A DNA stretch of 63,023 nucleotides, the filler included, from Octopus bimaculoides (lineage: Eukaryota): assembly GCF_001194135.2 (NCBI RefSeq). It is 7 parts of 7 records of this genome, joined end to end, with 100 filler letters (N's around TTAATTAATTAA, not from the genome) between each part and the next. Parts side by side here need not be neighbours in the genome. Positions count along the whole stretch, not along the records: positions 17,978 to 24,983 come from NC_069007.1; positions 25,084 to 45,974 come from NC_068984.1; 5 more parts are not named here. One strand, written 5' to 3'. Below the pieces are notes generated by a model that had not been told where the DNA came from, ran no database searches, and was given only the letters and a program-made list of their open reading frames with translations. Positions 24,265 to 36,454 of the stretch are shown here, piece after piece. A program made the position numbers and the translations under genes. Within the stretch, counting starts at the first letter, position 1, and each line of letters starts with the position of its first letter.

Positions 24265-24379
24265 CTTGCCTGTCTTTTTGTAGAAGGATATTTTCATTTT
24301 CCACAATGACCCTCACTGCCGACAGAATCTTTGTGAGACAACTCAAGTTTGAAGTGTTGAACTGGACCTTTCGGGGTTG
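24265..24379 (-). CDS. dynein heavy chain-like (DNHD1-like), exon 1 of 6 seen; AAA1 sensor-II region
   Basis: aattccag/ acceptor, /gtaacg donor, 115 nt, phase 0 to 1, in frame with the 23364 exon. QPRKVQFNTSNLSCLTKILSAV occupies the position of QxHYDFGLRAxKSVL. Confidence 0.7.
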
Positions 24380-24659
24380 CTGGAATTACACGAAATCACA
24401 TCAAGATTTAGAAAGCGAAAACAAAATGCAAAAAATGGAAACAAAGGTTGTCATATCCATGACATTTTAGACTTTTGTAAAAATAAAATTTGCTTTAAAT
24501 AAGGGCTTCAAATTTTAGCCCAGGGCCAACATTTTTGAGAGGGACCAGGTTAGTCAATATTATCAACCACCAGTACTATATTTTATCAAATAGTGGCATG
24601 TGTGGTGACACTACTGAAGGTGGTATGTGGGTGTGTATATATATAAATATATATATATA

Positions 24660-24893
24660 TCATCATCATCATCATCGTTTAACGTCCGTTTTCCATGCTA
24701 GCATGGGTTGGACGATTTGACTGACGGCTGGTGAAACCAGATGGCAACACCAGGCTCCAATCTGATTTGGCAGAGTTTCTACAGCTGGATGCCCTTCCTA
24801 ACGCCAACCACTCCGAGAGTGTAGTGGGTGCTTTTACGTGCCACCAGCACGAAGGCCAGTCAGGCGGTACTGGCCACGGCCACGCTCGAAATG
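24660..24893 (-). mobile_element. RTE-clade LINE 3' UTR fragment
   Basis: Near-identical to 18015-18300. Confidence 0.8.
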
Positions 24894-24917
24894 GTAAAAG
24901 AAGAGGTAATGGTAGAC

Positions 24918-24979
24918 TGCTGTGACCAGGATTTGAACCTGGGTTACCACACCCACAACATGGGGTCCTAACCACTATA
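24918..24979 (-). pseudogene. tRNA-His(GTG), 5' end missing at a (TA)n/gap, probably decayed
   Basis: Minus strand TAGTGGTTAGGACCCCATG-TTGTGGG-TGTGGTAACCCAGGTTCAAATCCTGGTCACAGCA closely follows metazoan tRNA-His; several CpG-type changes weaken the stems; a T4 run lies about 18 nt downstream. Confidence 0.8.
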
Positions 24980-25084
24980 TATANNNNNNNNNNNNNNNNN
25001 NNNNNNNNNNNNNNNNNNNNNNNNNNNTTAATTAATTAANNNNNNNNNNNNNNNNNNNNNNNNNNNNNNNNNNNNNNNNNNNNA

Positions 25085-25400
25085 GACGACCGTGCGAACT
25101 CAAAAAAGGAGAAATGGTGACGAATGGAAAAACAGAGGACTCCTTTTATTTAAACGAGTCACACGGTCGAACCGAGACAAATTTGGCCGTCGAGTTAAAG
25201 CTATTTATAACAAACTATTGGCTCCCGAAGGCTTCAGAATTTTACTCTATCACGTGACCTTATTAGGGGTCGTGATTGGTCAGTTTGCGTTCTGGCGGGA
25301 AAGGTTCGAAGAGGTTGCCGATTCGAATAATAATCAGTCACGTGATGACAAGGAATGGGTTCTCTACTACGCTCGCATTTATTTATATTTAAATGAGAAG
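25085..25400. promoter_or_regulatory. CpG-containing promoter-like island
   Basis: TCACGTGA at 25250 and 25338, ATTGG (CCAAT) at 25217 and 25275, TGGCGGGAAA (E2F-like) at 25293; CpG-rich relative to the flanks. Motif evidence only. Confidence 0.4.
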
Positions 25401-25574
25401 ATTGTATGTAATGGCGATAGTAGTTTGTATCTAATGGCGGGAGGTAGTTTCACTACACTTCATTAGAGTGGTATAATTGGAGATCCGTATTCCACACCGA
25501 CATGTTGTGCTTTAGGTGGTCTGTGCTGCGCTGGTTACCAACTCTGTATTCACAATTCTGCAGTATTTCTTCCG

Positions 25575-25735
25575 TCTTTCCGGTCTGAGTTTAAATTCCG
25601 CCGAGGTCGACTTTGCCTTTCATCCTTTCGGGGTCGATGAAATAAGTACAAGTTACGCACTGGGATCGATGTAATCGACTAGACCCCTTCCCCCACAATT
25701 TCAGGCCTTGGGCCTGTAGTCGAAAGGATTATCAT
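25575..25735 (+). mobile_element. SINE family B
   Basis: AAATTCCGCCGAGGTCGACTTTGCCTTTCATCCTTTCGGGGTCGATGAAATAAGTAC. Confidence 0.8.
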
Positions 25736-26679
25736 TATCATTGAGTGAGAGCCGTGCATGCTTTCAGGGGTGAATTATTCAACCCCAAAAAATTCCTCCC
25801 AACACATGGATATGATGCTCCCCCACTACTCTTGTTCGGGACCAGAGATACATGTGACGTCAGCCACTAAGGGACATGTTCAACTGGTTAAGGTCAAGCA
25901 AGTGACAAGCAAATCTGCGGTATTGAGAAGAATATTTACCGTAGCCCATCTTTTATACCAAGACAAAATATATATATATGATACAACTTCCAATCAGTTA
26001 ATATCTGAAGCCATGAGAGCCACTGGTACTGCAACAGAATATTGTCAGAACATTTTTCAGAACTGATAACAAACGCAGAAGGTAACAACTGTCATATTTA
26101 CAAACTGCACAATTACGAAAACTGTAAAGCATAGCAAAAACTTCATTTAACATTATAAAAATTAAAAATCAACAGTGTATATATATTTTTTTCTATCAAT
26201 CGGTAATTGAAACAGAACAAGGTGAGTCGGTTCTCTTCAAGGTCTTCCGTCGCTCTCATTGATCGCGGTGGTAGTAAACACGTTAATCTTCGCTGACTAA
26301 ATTGGTGTGCGCCCATTCCTTTTTTGGTCCTCGATCAACATCTACTTATAGAACGGTGGTATCTGATTGTGTAACCGTCAAGCTGTCTTTTCCTTCTACT
26401 ACCCCAACTCTCATGTAATTATGACAATCTCAGACTTAAATTTGCCGGTCCCCTGTAGCAGCCACATCTGCAGCAGCTCAAAGTAACAATAACAAGGAAG
26501 ATAACGGCTACACTGTTGCTGTGGTTACAGAAGAGGGCCGCATGGACCAGAGACAGCGACAGTGGCTGTGGTGATCAACGATGACTACGGTTATTTTAAT
26601 GACATAGTGGTGGTAATTGTAACGGTAATAATTGTGGAGGTGACAACAACAACAATAGCAACCAAGAACGGATTAATGA

Positions 26680-29316
26680 AGAGACATTGAAAGAACTGAA
26701 GGAGGCGCACCCGAAAACCATTCGACATTTAAACCAGTTACCGGACTATCTAAGGAAAGAGAAAAGGGGAGGAGCCGATCAACGCGTGGCGAGATCGGCC
26801 CCAACCTCACCAGTTAAAATGTAAATAGAAACTTTTCTTTCCTTAATGACTTCGCTTAATGTTGGTTGTCTAAATGTGCGTGGTCTGAGTTCGAAGTAGA
26901 AGCAGGCATGTTTCCTCGACGACCTCAAATTACATGATATGCATGTGATGGTTGCTACAGAGACCAAGCTGGACAGTCTACGAACCTTCTCGCCTCTCCT
27001 GAATGGCTATGAGAAAATCATGTCTCCTGGCCAGACCGGGGGACGAGGGGGTATAGTGGTACTGATTCGCAATGGCTTGGCTCTGCAGACAAGTACAGTC
27101 TATGTGGACCCTGAAGGTGGGCTGGTCGTCCTTGATGTGACATACAGCAGTAAGGCCTTCAGGCTGATCGGACTTTACGCACCTTGTGCTAGAGGTTTAC
27201 AAACTGACTTTTATCGGCGCCTAGAGGGTTTTCTCGTGACGTCGAAGACATTAGTGGTGTTAGGGGACTTCAACGCTATTGTTGACGCTCGCATCGATAG
27301 CGTCGACTCGATTAATAGGAAAGCGAACTCACGCCTCGTCAATCTGCTTAAGCGATTTCAACTGGCAGATCGTTACAGGTTTGAACATCCGAACGTGCCA
27401 GAGTGGACCTGAATGAGTGGCGACGGAAGGTTCAAGTCTTATCTAGATAGGATAGTAATAAGAATTATAGATAAGTCTAGTTTTAGTTGTCCACAATTTG
27501 TCCAGGTGTCCTACACTGACCATAGAATGGCTAAGTGCAGGTTGGATATAGATAGTACAACTAGTAGAGGACCCGGCTACTGGAAGCTGAACAAGTCTAT
27601 TTTGACTTGTGAGGCGTACCGTAGTCGGATCAAGGAGTTAGTGCAGAGGGCGTTAACCGGTACCGTGGTTAATAACCGGTGGTGATTTCCCCTCAAGAGA
27701 GCCATTCGTTTCGAGTCCATTAGGTTTAGCAAACAGCTAAGACTAGATAAGGCTAGAATAGAAGGGCAACTAGTTAAGAACTTAGAAGAGGCGCTGAGGT
27801 TGGGCTCGGCATCCCACATTGTGGCAACGAGGACGGCATTGGATCGTCACCTCAAAGCCAAATATGAGGGGTGTAGAGTTCGGGCTAAAGTGAGAGCATT
27901 GGGCCGTGAGGGAATTAATGTTGCCGGATGGGCCCGTACGGTAGAAACCCAGCGTGGCAACGAAGCCACNNNNNNNNNNNNNNNNNNNNNNNNNNNNNNN
28001 NNNNNNNNNNNNNNNNNNNNNNNNNNNNNNNNNNNNNNNNNNNNNNNNNNNNNNNNNNNNNNNNNNNNNNNNNNNNNNNNNNNNNNNNNNNNNNNNNNNN
28101 NNNNNNNNNNNNNNNNNNNNNNNNNNNNNNNNNNNNNNNNNNNNNNNNNNNNNNNNNNNNNNNNNNNNNNNNNNNNNNNNNNNNNNNNNNNNNNNNNNNN
28201 NNNNNNNNNNNNNNNNNNNNNNNNNNNNNNNNNNNNNNNNNNNNNNNNNNNNNNNNNNNNNNNNNNNNNNNNNNNNNNNNNNNNNNNNNNNNNNNNNNNN
28301 NNNNNNNNNNNNNNNNNNNNNNNNNNNNNNNNNNNNNNNNNNNNNNNNNNNNNNNNNNNNNNNNNNNNNNNNNCCGGGGGGTAGTGACGTTCATCAGAAA
28401 GGACCCGAGCAAGGGGGACGAAATAGGGAATTTTAGGCCCATAACTCTGTTAAATGCAGAGTTCAAGATATTGGCCAAGATGTTAGCGAAAAGGTTGGCG
28501 CGGATCGTGGACGAACTTGTCGGAGAAGCACAGACTTTTGCTATCCCGGGCAGGTCGATCCACAACAATCTCCACCTTCTACGCTACTCCTTAGAGAGGG
28601 TAAGGAAACTTTCTGGCGTAGCGGGATGGGCACTGGTGCATTTAGACCAGTCTAAGGCGTTAGATAGGGTCGACCATCGGTACTTGGCGACGGTCCTCAA
28701 GAAGGTTGGCCTAGGCCCGACCTTTCGCGGTTGGATTGCTGCTTTGTACGGCGACATCGAGTCTGTCGTAAAGGTGAACGGTCACACCGCATGATCTATG
28801 GTGTGGAAGAGGAGCTACAGCGTACACGGATGACATCTCCATCATCGTGACGGATGAGGGCCAGATTCCAGTGGTGGAAGAAGCCATCAAAAGTTACGAG
28901 GCGGTGACAGGAGCAAAGGTTAACAAGGACAAGTCGATCGGTTTGCAACTCGGCACCTGGAGGGGAAAATCGATGGCGTCCAATAACGTCGTGGGGCGTT
29001 GGACGCAAGGTCCTGTTAAGTTGCTCGGAGCGGGTTAGTGGAATCCATGTCAGAAGATGCCTTGGGGGAGACCCTAGGCTACGATGAAAGTCAGTTGGTC
29101 AGCCTGTTTAGGAGAACGTTCGGGCCGGGGTATCTGGATAATTACCAGAAATCCCTGGCTTGGCAATGTTTCCGAGCGGCGTTACCTGTTCGCGACAAGC
29201 CGTCTCTCCGACATGCCCGAGGTGTGAGCAGGATAGGGAAACCGTCTTGCACGCATTCGTGGAGTGTTCGGAGTTATCGTGACTGATAGCTTTTGTAGAA
29301 CAGCTGTTGTCAGTGA
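26680..29316 (+). mobile_element. Tx1/L1-clade LINE (APE-RT-CCHC), broken by stops, a deletion and gaps
   Basis: GCLNVRGL, VATETKL, IGLYAP, VLGDFN, SYLDR, TDHR, RGPGYWKLN (APE/Tx1); NFRPITLLNAEFKILAK, LDQSKALDRVDH, AYTDD (RT); CPRCEQDRETVLHAFVEC. Confidence 0.88.
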
Positions 29317-29836
29317 NNNNNNNNNNNNNNNNNNNNNNNNNNNNNNNNNNNNNNNNNNNNNNNNNNNNNNNNNNNNNNNNNNNNNNNNNNNNNNNNNNNN
29401 NNNNNNNNNNNNNNNNNNNNNNNNNNNNNNNNNNNNNNNNNNNNNNNNNNNNNNNNNNNNNNNNNNNNNNNNNNNNNNNNNNNNNNNNNNNNNNNNNNNN
29501 NNNNNNNNNNNNNNNNNNNNNNNNNNNNNNNNNNNNNNNNNNNNNNNNNNNNNNNNNNNNNNNNNNNNNNNNNNNNNNNNNNNNNNNNNNNNNNNNNNNN
29601 NNNNNNNNNNNNNNNNNNNNNNNNNNNNNNNNNNNNNNNNNNNNNNNNNNNNNNNNNNNNNNNNNNNNNNNNNNNNNNNNNNNNNNNNNNNNNNNNNNNN
29701 NNNNNNNNNNNNNNNNNNNNNNNNNNNNNNNNNNNNNNNNNNNNNNNNNNNNNNNNNNNNNNNNNNNNNNNNNNNNNNNNNNNNNNNNNNNNNNNNNNNN
29801 NNNNNNNNNNNNNNNNNNNNNNNNNNNNNNNNNNNN

Positions 29837-30125
29837 TCTACTATAGCCTCGGGCCGACCAAAGCCTTATGAATAGATTTGGTAGACGGAAACTGAAAGAA
29901 GCCCGTCGTATATATGTATATATATATATGTATATGCGTGTATATGTTTGTGTGTCTGTGTTTGTCCCCCCAACATCGCTTGACAACCGTAACTTAGCGG
30001 TTCGGCAGAAGAGACCGATAGAATAAGTACTAGGCTTACAAAGAATAAGTCCTGGGGTCGATTTGCTCGACTAAAGGCGATGCTCCAGCATGACCACAGT
30101 CAAATGACTGAAACAAGTAAAAGAG
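29837..30125 (+). mobile_element. SINE family A (head lost in the gap)
   Basis: CTATAGCCTCGGGCCGACCAAAGCC...GCTCCAGCATGACCACAGTCAAATGACTGAAACAAGTAAAAGA. Confidence 0.8.
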
Positions 30126-30406
30126 TATGCAGTGACGATAGCCACAAAGATCCGAAAAAGGCACCTGCCCCAAAGTCAGGGTACCCATGGTTTTTTTTTT
30201 ATGGGGTTTTACCATCAGCAGCCCCCGAACGTCTCTTCCCAAATGAGAATCACACGTTGCTAATTTAAAAAAATGTTATTGGTCTTGTTTACACGCAAAT
30301 CCCTAACCACAACACACACATACACACACACATTCTTTGTTTTGTCCTATACGGTTCATAATGTTTTTCTTAATGTAAACTCTTGTGGTTAATAAAGAAA
30401 TCATTG

Positions 30407-30682
30407 AAGTAAAGATTGTTTGCCAACATAACATGGCAGTCTTGGTTTAAGACGAATGTTGCTGTAATTTAGCCCCAGGAGAATCGTCTCCAGCTGGTTG
30501 TACGACACGATCTGTGTCCTTATATCTTCGAACAAGGGAATCTAGCACCCCCACTCAGCTCAAAACAATATCTGTGTATCGCGATTTCCGGGATATTTCC
30601 CTTCATCAGCACAGAATAATTGTTCGGCTAGAGGTAGCGCTGCCAATATCTCACGTTGTGAGATTTAAAAATAGTAATTTTC
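30407..30682. mobile_element. 276-bp hammerhead-bearing interspersed element with a 14-bp flanking direct repeat
   Basis: TAAAGAAATCATTG at 30393-30406 and 30683-30696; partial copy at 22782-22917. Confidence 0.6.
30572..30614 (-). ncRNA. minimal type I hammerhead ribozyme (AUA site)
   Basis: Minus strand: ctgtg CTGATGA a ggga-aata-tccc g GAAA tcgcga TA cacag. Stem I ctgtg/cacag, stem II 4 bp, palindromic stem III ATCGCGAT. Confidence 0.78.
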
Positions 30683-30869
30683 TAAAGAAATCATTGTTGT
30701 TTTACCTCTCAGAATGTTCGGTCTTGTTTGTTCTGGTAGATTCTGTGAGAGTGGACAACAGCCTGCTGTCAGAGGACTCACAGGGTCCCTTTCCGTACAT
30801 TATAAGCTTTGATATTTGGTTGTTAATTATCGAGGTTGACATTCAACATCCAAATAGCAAGGATTATAG

Positions 30870-32150
30870 TTATTATTATTCAGTAGTCTTATGTTTATCA
30901 TGTGCTTTAACTGCACTTCCGGGCGCAGCTGTGTGCCTTGGGTATGTGCTGTGGTTTGTTGTGATGCTCTTATTTTTACTTTATTGAAAGTGCTTTACGT
31001 GGGATGCGTGCTGTGCCTAGTAGTGCTATTTTCTCTATGCTATATATACTTGTTAGTTCTGGTGTTTTTATTATGTATTTGTCTGAATATTTTTTTATCA
31101 TACCTAATGCGCCTACTATGATAGGAATTGTTTCTGTTTTTAGACTCCACATTCGAGTTACTTCTATTTCCAGATATTTGTATTTAGAAAGTTTGTTCGT
31201 TTCTTTAAGAAAAACATTGTCATCTGTTGGTATTGACACATCGATTAGAAAGCATTTTTGTCTTGGTGATCTCTGACAACTATAGTCTTAATTTGCCGAT
31301 GGTTGTTTTGCCATGTGAGTAGCTCTGCATTTGGGAATCAATTTTGTCTCTGCCAGAGCTAACCAGTATGGTATGCTACTGTTCCCATTGAGAGTTGCTG
31401 ATACAGGTTGATAAAATATGGTCGGAAGAAGGCTTCTTGTACCAATATCCAACAATCAAGTCTCTTCCAACTGCTTTTCCACCCTGGAGTTTCTGGATCA
31501 CAATAACAAGGGTATAACTATCAATTCTGCATGTCTTGGGTGTAATGCAGAGACAATAACTTCGAATTTCTTCCAATCACAGAGCATCTTGGTTAAACTC
31601 CTTCTCTTCGCTCCAGATTTTCCTCCAGAAGGAGTCTATATCTTCTCGTGAAGGAGCTTCTATGATGTTCACTTCTCTTCTCATGTCTCTGTATACTGCT
31701 GCTCGGTTAAATTTTTGTGGTTATTGTTTTTCTCTCGGGGTTTTCTCTTCTGATGTCATGACAGCTTTTAGCACATGCTTGAGGGTAATCAGTTTGCAAG
31801 TGAGTGTCGTCTTTTTGTTGTCTCCAAACATCATTTCTATCTCCTTCCTTCATCACTTTTTGTTGGTGAGACGTATAGCGATTTGCTTGTTTGCAAGTAA
31901 TAAGCCTCGTCACATTGCTGATGGTCTTCCATAAATCAGTTATCTTTTTCTCTGTCTTCAAAACCCATGATGGCACTTTCTTCGTTGCTTTTGTTTTGTT
32001 CACTTTTTGAATACCTTCATGTACTGCTTCGCCGTAGTAGACAGGACATATCTACCAGAATGAGGGTTCATTACACTACTGTATATACTCGTCGCGAATT
32101 TCTTTAACAGCTTTTAATACCGTATCTGGTGGTGTTTTACTTACTTTGTC
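30870..32150 (-). mobile_element. R4/Dong-like LINE with most of the RT deleted, short (TAA)n tail
   Basis: ORF 30976..31239 KLSKYKYLEIEVTRMW...PIIVGALGMI...KIALLGTARIPRKAL (REL C-terminus) joined to N-terminal-type sequence; TAATAATAAC tail at about 30870. Confidence 0.75.
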
Positions 32151-32492
32151 AGAGAATATACTCTCCTTACGAGAGTGCTTCAAAGGTGAAGTTAGTTTTT
32201 CTCGAAAAATTTCAGTGACGGTATATTTCACCGATATATAATCCTGACTACTACTACTACTACAATAATCGTTGCGGTTGTACCTGCAATTTATCCTAGT
32301 CGTAGTAAGGGGACCAGTTGTCAGTTACTTTAACCAGTAATGCAGTTTGGCTGGCCAGTAGTATAGGAATCTGCTGTAATGTCGTTAACTGCNNNNNNNN
32401 NNNNNNNNNNNNNNNNNNNNNNNNNNNNNNNNNNNNNNNNNNNNNNNNNNNNNNNNNNNNNNNNNNNNNNNNNNNNNNNNNNNNNNNNNNNN

Positions 32493-32535
<43 letters not shown>

Positions 32536-33739
32536 AAGCTAACCATTTAAACTGACCTCCTCAAAATATAACTTTATCTCCCATGTAATTTTGTTAAGAT
32601 AATTATTCATTTCTTGGTTTGTTTAATTTCTCATTCTTTGGATTAATCTCTTATCTTCCAGGAACATTCTGAATGTATATTATTATAACCATTATTTTCG
32701 TTCCTCGTACCATCTCCCCAAACTAATCTTGCTTCTGGTTGCAGCTTATTTATTTAAAATTCTTGTCTTGTATTTCCCTTCCATTCCATTCCTCGCCAAA
32801 TGATGATGCATTGCTAAGTTAAGATTCTCTCATTTTTTTTATCTTTTGTACATTCATTCGCCATTAACACTTTAAATTTATTACTTACTAACAGCTAGTT
32901 TTCATAAGCTAATCATTTAAACTGAGCCCTCAAAATATAACTTTATCTGTCATGTAATTTCATTAAGATAATTACTTGTTTCTCGGTTTGTTTAATTTCT
33001 TATTCACGGTGCGCTCACCCTCTCGTTCCCCCACCATCAATACCAGATATCTCTATCTTCCCACCGTTTACACTGGATATCTCTCTCTCCTCACACCAGC
33101 ATTACCTGATGTCTCTTTTCTCAACCCTCCTCCTCAATGGGCTGTTCTCTATATATTACCTGCACTCTTTCTCTCTCTCCTGGGACAAATGCACCTAGCT
33201 CAGCTGCCCACCTACTTAACCGGCTATCATTTGTTTCGTTTTCATTCCATCTAGGAGCATGCCAACAACTACCCAGGAATTTTCCTCAGACATATCAAGT
33301 GAAGGAGAAAGCTAATGGGCTGTCCATGTGTGCTTGTTCCTGTGTGTGGGTGCACGTGCGCGCTTGTGTGTATGTAGGGATGAGCTTGTTTCCTCTCTCG
33401 CTGTCTGAACCCCCTCGCTGGTGGTACCCTCCATCATCCCTGCAATCCCCTCTCCCTGGACAAGCGCAACCAGTTTAGCTGACTCCCTACCTAATCTAAC
33501 ATTGGAATATCCATATTTGCAACACCGCTTAAATTTACATTATTATGATAACCATAATGCTTATACTTACAATGCTGCTAACACCTGCTCCTAGCTCCTG
33601 TAGGGGCAACAATCTTAACATGCTTGAATGTTTGAATGATGTCAGGTCGGAAGTGAGAACAGGTGAAGCACGCCTAAAAAACGAACACGACGACCTCCCT
33701 CTTCTTTTCAGGCCCTGAATAACATCTCTCTTCCCCAAG

Positions 33740-35670
33740 CCTCACCCCACATTCCTTTCTCAGTTTTCAGAGTTGGCACTGTCAATGTAGGCACACTGAA
33801 AGGTAGGTTTAGTGAGATTGTAGAGATGCTTGAAAGGAGACGGGTCGATATATGCTGCATACAAGAGGTAAGATGGAAATGAGCCTCAGCTAGGGTCCTC
33901 ACAGGCAAGGCACATAGGTATAAAATCTTCTAGCAAGATAACATGGATGGAGTAGGGCGTGTAGGCATACTGCTTGCGGAGAAATTGGTGGATAAGGTCA
34001 TAGAGGTTGTCAGGGTATGCGATAGAGTGTTTAAGCTCAGGCTAGTCCTGCAGAACAGCACAACTACAATTATCTCTGCCTACACCCCACAAGCGTAACT
34101 ACCAAATGATCAGAAGGACCATTTTTGTGATACCCTGCCACAGAATACCTCAAAGATGAGTGGCAATGACCTCATCTTTGCGACTGGAGATTTTAATGGG
34201 CATGTTGGGCGGTAATCCGGTATCTTCACTGCTGTACACGGAGGCCATGGCATTGGCTCCCAGAACTATGCGAGAACTATGCTACTAGAGTTCTGTGCTG
34301 CATGTAACCTATTAATCTGCAACACTAAGTTCAGGAAGCCAGACAGCCACCTGATAACCTATCAACCAGGTGACTCTGTTAGCCAGATTGATTTCATCCT
34401 CACCAGACAGCAGGACGCAGGGTTTCTCTTAAATACAAAGACCCTCCCAAGTGAGGAATGCACACCCAACATAAACTAGTCATTAGTGACTTTCGACTTG
34501 AGACCAGAAGGATGCCAAGAAGCAGACCAATCCAGAAGAGAAGGATCTGGAAGTTAAAGAACCCTTCACATGGTCTGAGATTTAGGGACATCCTCATCAA
34601 GAAATTTGATGAGAGAGACGAGGAGCTACAGTCCTCAGACATAGAAGGTAGCTGGAAATTCATACGGGACAGCTTACTGAGTGCCACAGACCAAGTCTAC
34701 GGATGATGCAAAGTCCCTTCCAGACCTAGAGTAACATGGTGGTGGAATAATATGGTAGACAAAGCTATCAGAGCAAAGAAACAGGCCTGGGAAGCCTGGA
34801 GGGGTTGGGGTAGCAGGGCACCGTACGAGATAGCCAAAAAAGAGGCTGGGTGACAGGTATACATAGCCAATGCAAAGCAGAAAAGAAGTTTGCCAATGTC
34901 GAGTGATGTGAAGACCATAGAACTGAAGTAGTGTGAGGGAAACTTGTGATGTTACAGGAGAGAACTTTGTCTGCATCGATGATGGTGCACTTGCTTTTAA
35001 TGATTCAGAAAAGAAAGAGGCTTGGAGAAGCCATTATGAAAGACTGCTGTACATGGAGAATGAATGGGAGGAGGAGAGTCTACCAAATGTTGATTGAGTA
35101 GAGGGACCAGCTATCCGAATAGACAGCACCCTGATAGATAAAGCAACTAAGGGTATGAAGCCAGGAAAAGCCCTCAGCCCATCAGGAATCACTGCTGAGA
35201 TGCTTATAACAACTGGTGGTGTGGGCTTTGGCTTAGTCAGCCGTATTGTAAACCAGGTAGTTCATGATGGAGTCATACCCAATGACTGGCGTAGCAGCAC
35301 CATAGTCAACTGCTACAAAGTTAAAGGTAATGCTTTAGATAGAAATTACTAGAAGGGTATCAAATTGCTGGATCAAGTGATGAAGGTCACAAAGAGGGTC
35401 ATAGCCCAACTAATTAGGGAGAGAGTCTGCTTAGATGAGATGCAGTCCAGTTTTATACCAGGTAGAAGCACCACTGATGCTATATTCTTGGGAAAAGTTC
35501 AGAAAGCTTCTACCCCTGCTGGTGACAAAGGGCCTCTCACTTAGAGTAAAAGGTAGATTGTATGATGCATGTGTGCGAACTGTCATACTTCACGGCAGTG
35601 AAACATGGGCCGTGACTGCTGAAGACATGCATAGGCTCAAAAGAAATGAAGCTAGCATGATCTGCTGGAT
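33740..35670 (+). mobile_element. RTE-clade LINE (APE + RT), degenerate, internal RT deletion
   Basis: VGTVNVGTLKG, DICCIQEVRW, TGDFNGHVG, SQIDFIL (APE); MKPGKALSPSGI, KLLPLLVTKGLSLRVKGRLY. Confidence 0.88.
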
Positions 35671-36454
35671 GTGTAGTGGGTGTTTTTATGTGCCACCGGC
35701 ACGAAGGCCAGTCAGGCGGTACTGGCAACGGCCATGCTCAAAATGGTGTATTTTATGTCCCACCTGCACAGGAGCCAGTTCGGTGGCACTGGCAACGATC
35801 TCACTCGAATGTCTTTACATGTGCCACCAGCACAAGTGCCAGGAAGGCGACGCTGGCACAGGTGCCATCACGATTTCGCTTACCCCAACAGATCCTCGCA
35901 AGCCGAGTTTCGTGTCCAAAGAAGGAGACGACGATGGCATGGGTGCCAGTTGTCGAATTTAGTTCGATCTTGATTTCACTTGCCTCAACAGGTCTTCACA
36001 AGCGGAGTTTAATGTCCAGTGAAGGAAGGTATGCATAAGTAGCTGGCTACACCCTTGGCAGAGACCTTAGATTTAGGTCTCACTTGGCTTGCCGGGTCTT
36101 CTCACGCACAGCATATTTCCAAAGGTCTAGGTCAGAAGTCATCGCCTCGGTGAGGCCCAATGTTCAAAGGTCGTGCTTCACCGCCTCATCCCAGGTCTTC
36201 CTGGGCCTGCCTCTTCCACAAGCTCCTTTAACTGCTAGGGTGTGGCACTTTTTCACTCAGCTATCCTCATCCATTCTCGCTACATGACCATGACAGCGCA
36301 ATCGTCTCTCTTGCACAGCACAACTGATGCTTCTTAAGTTCAACTTTTCTCTCAAGGTACTAACACTCTGTCTAGTATGCACACTGACATTACACATCCA
36401 TCGGAGCATACTGGCTTCATTCCTTGCGAGCCAACGCATGTCCTCAGCAGTCAC
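35671..36454 (-). mobile_element. RTE-clade LINE 3' part, convergent with and fused to the previous copy
   Basis: ORF 36257..36454 (AEDMRWLARNEASMLRWMC...QERRLR) plus 3' UTR tandem units. Confidence 0.82.
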
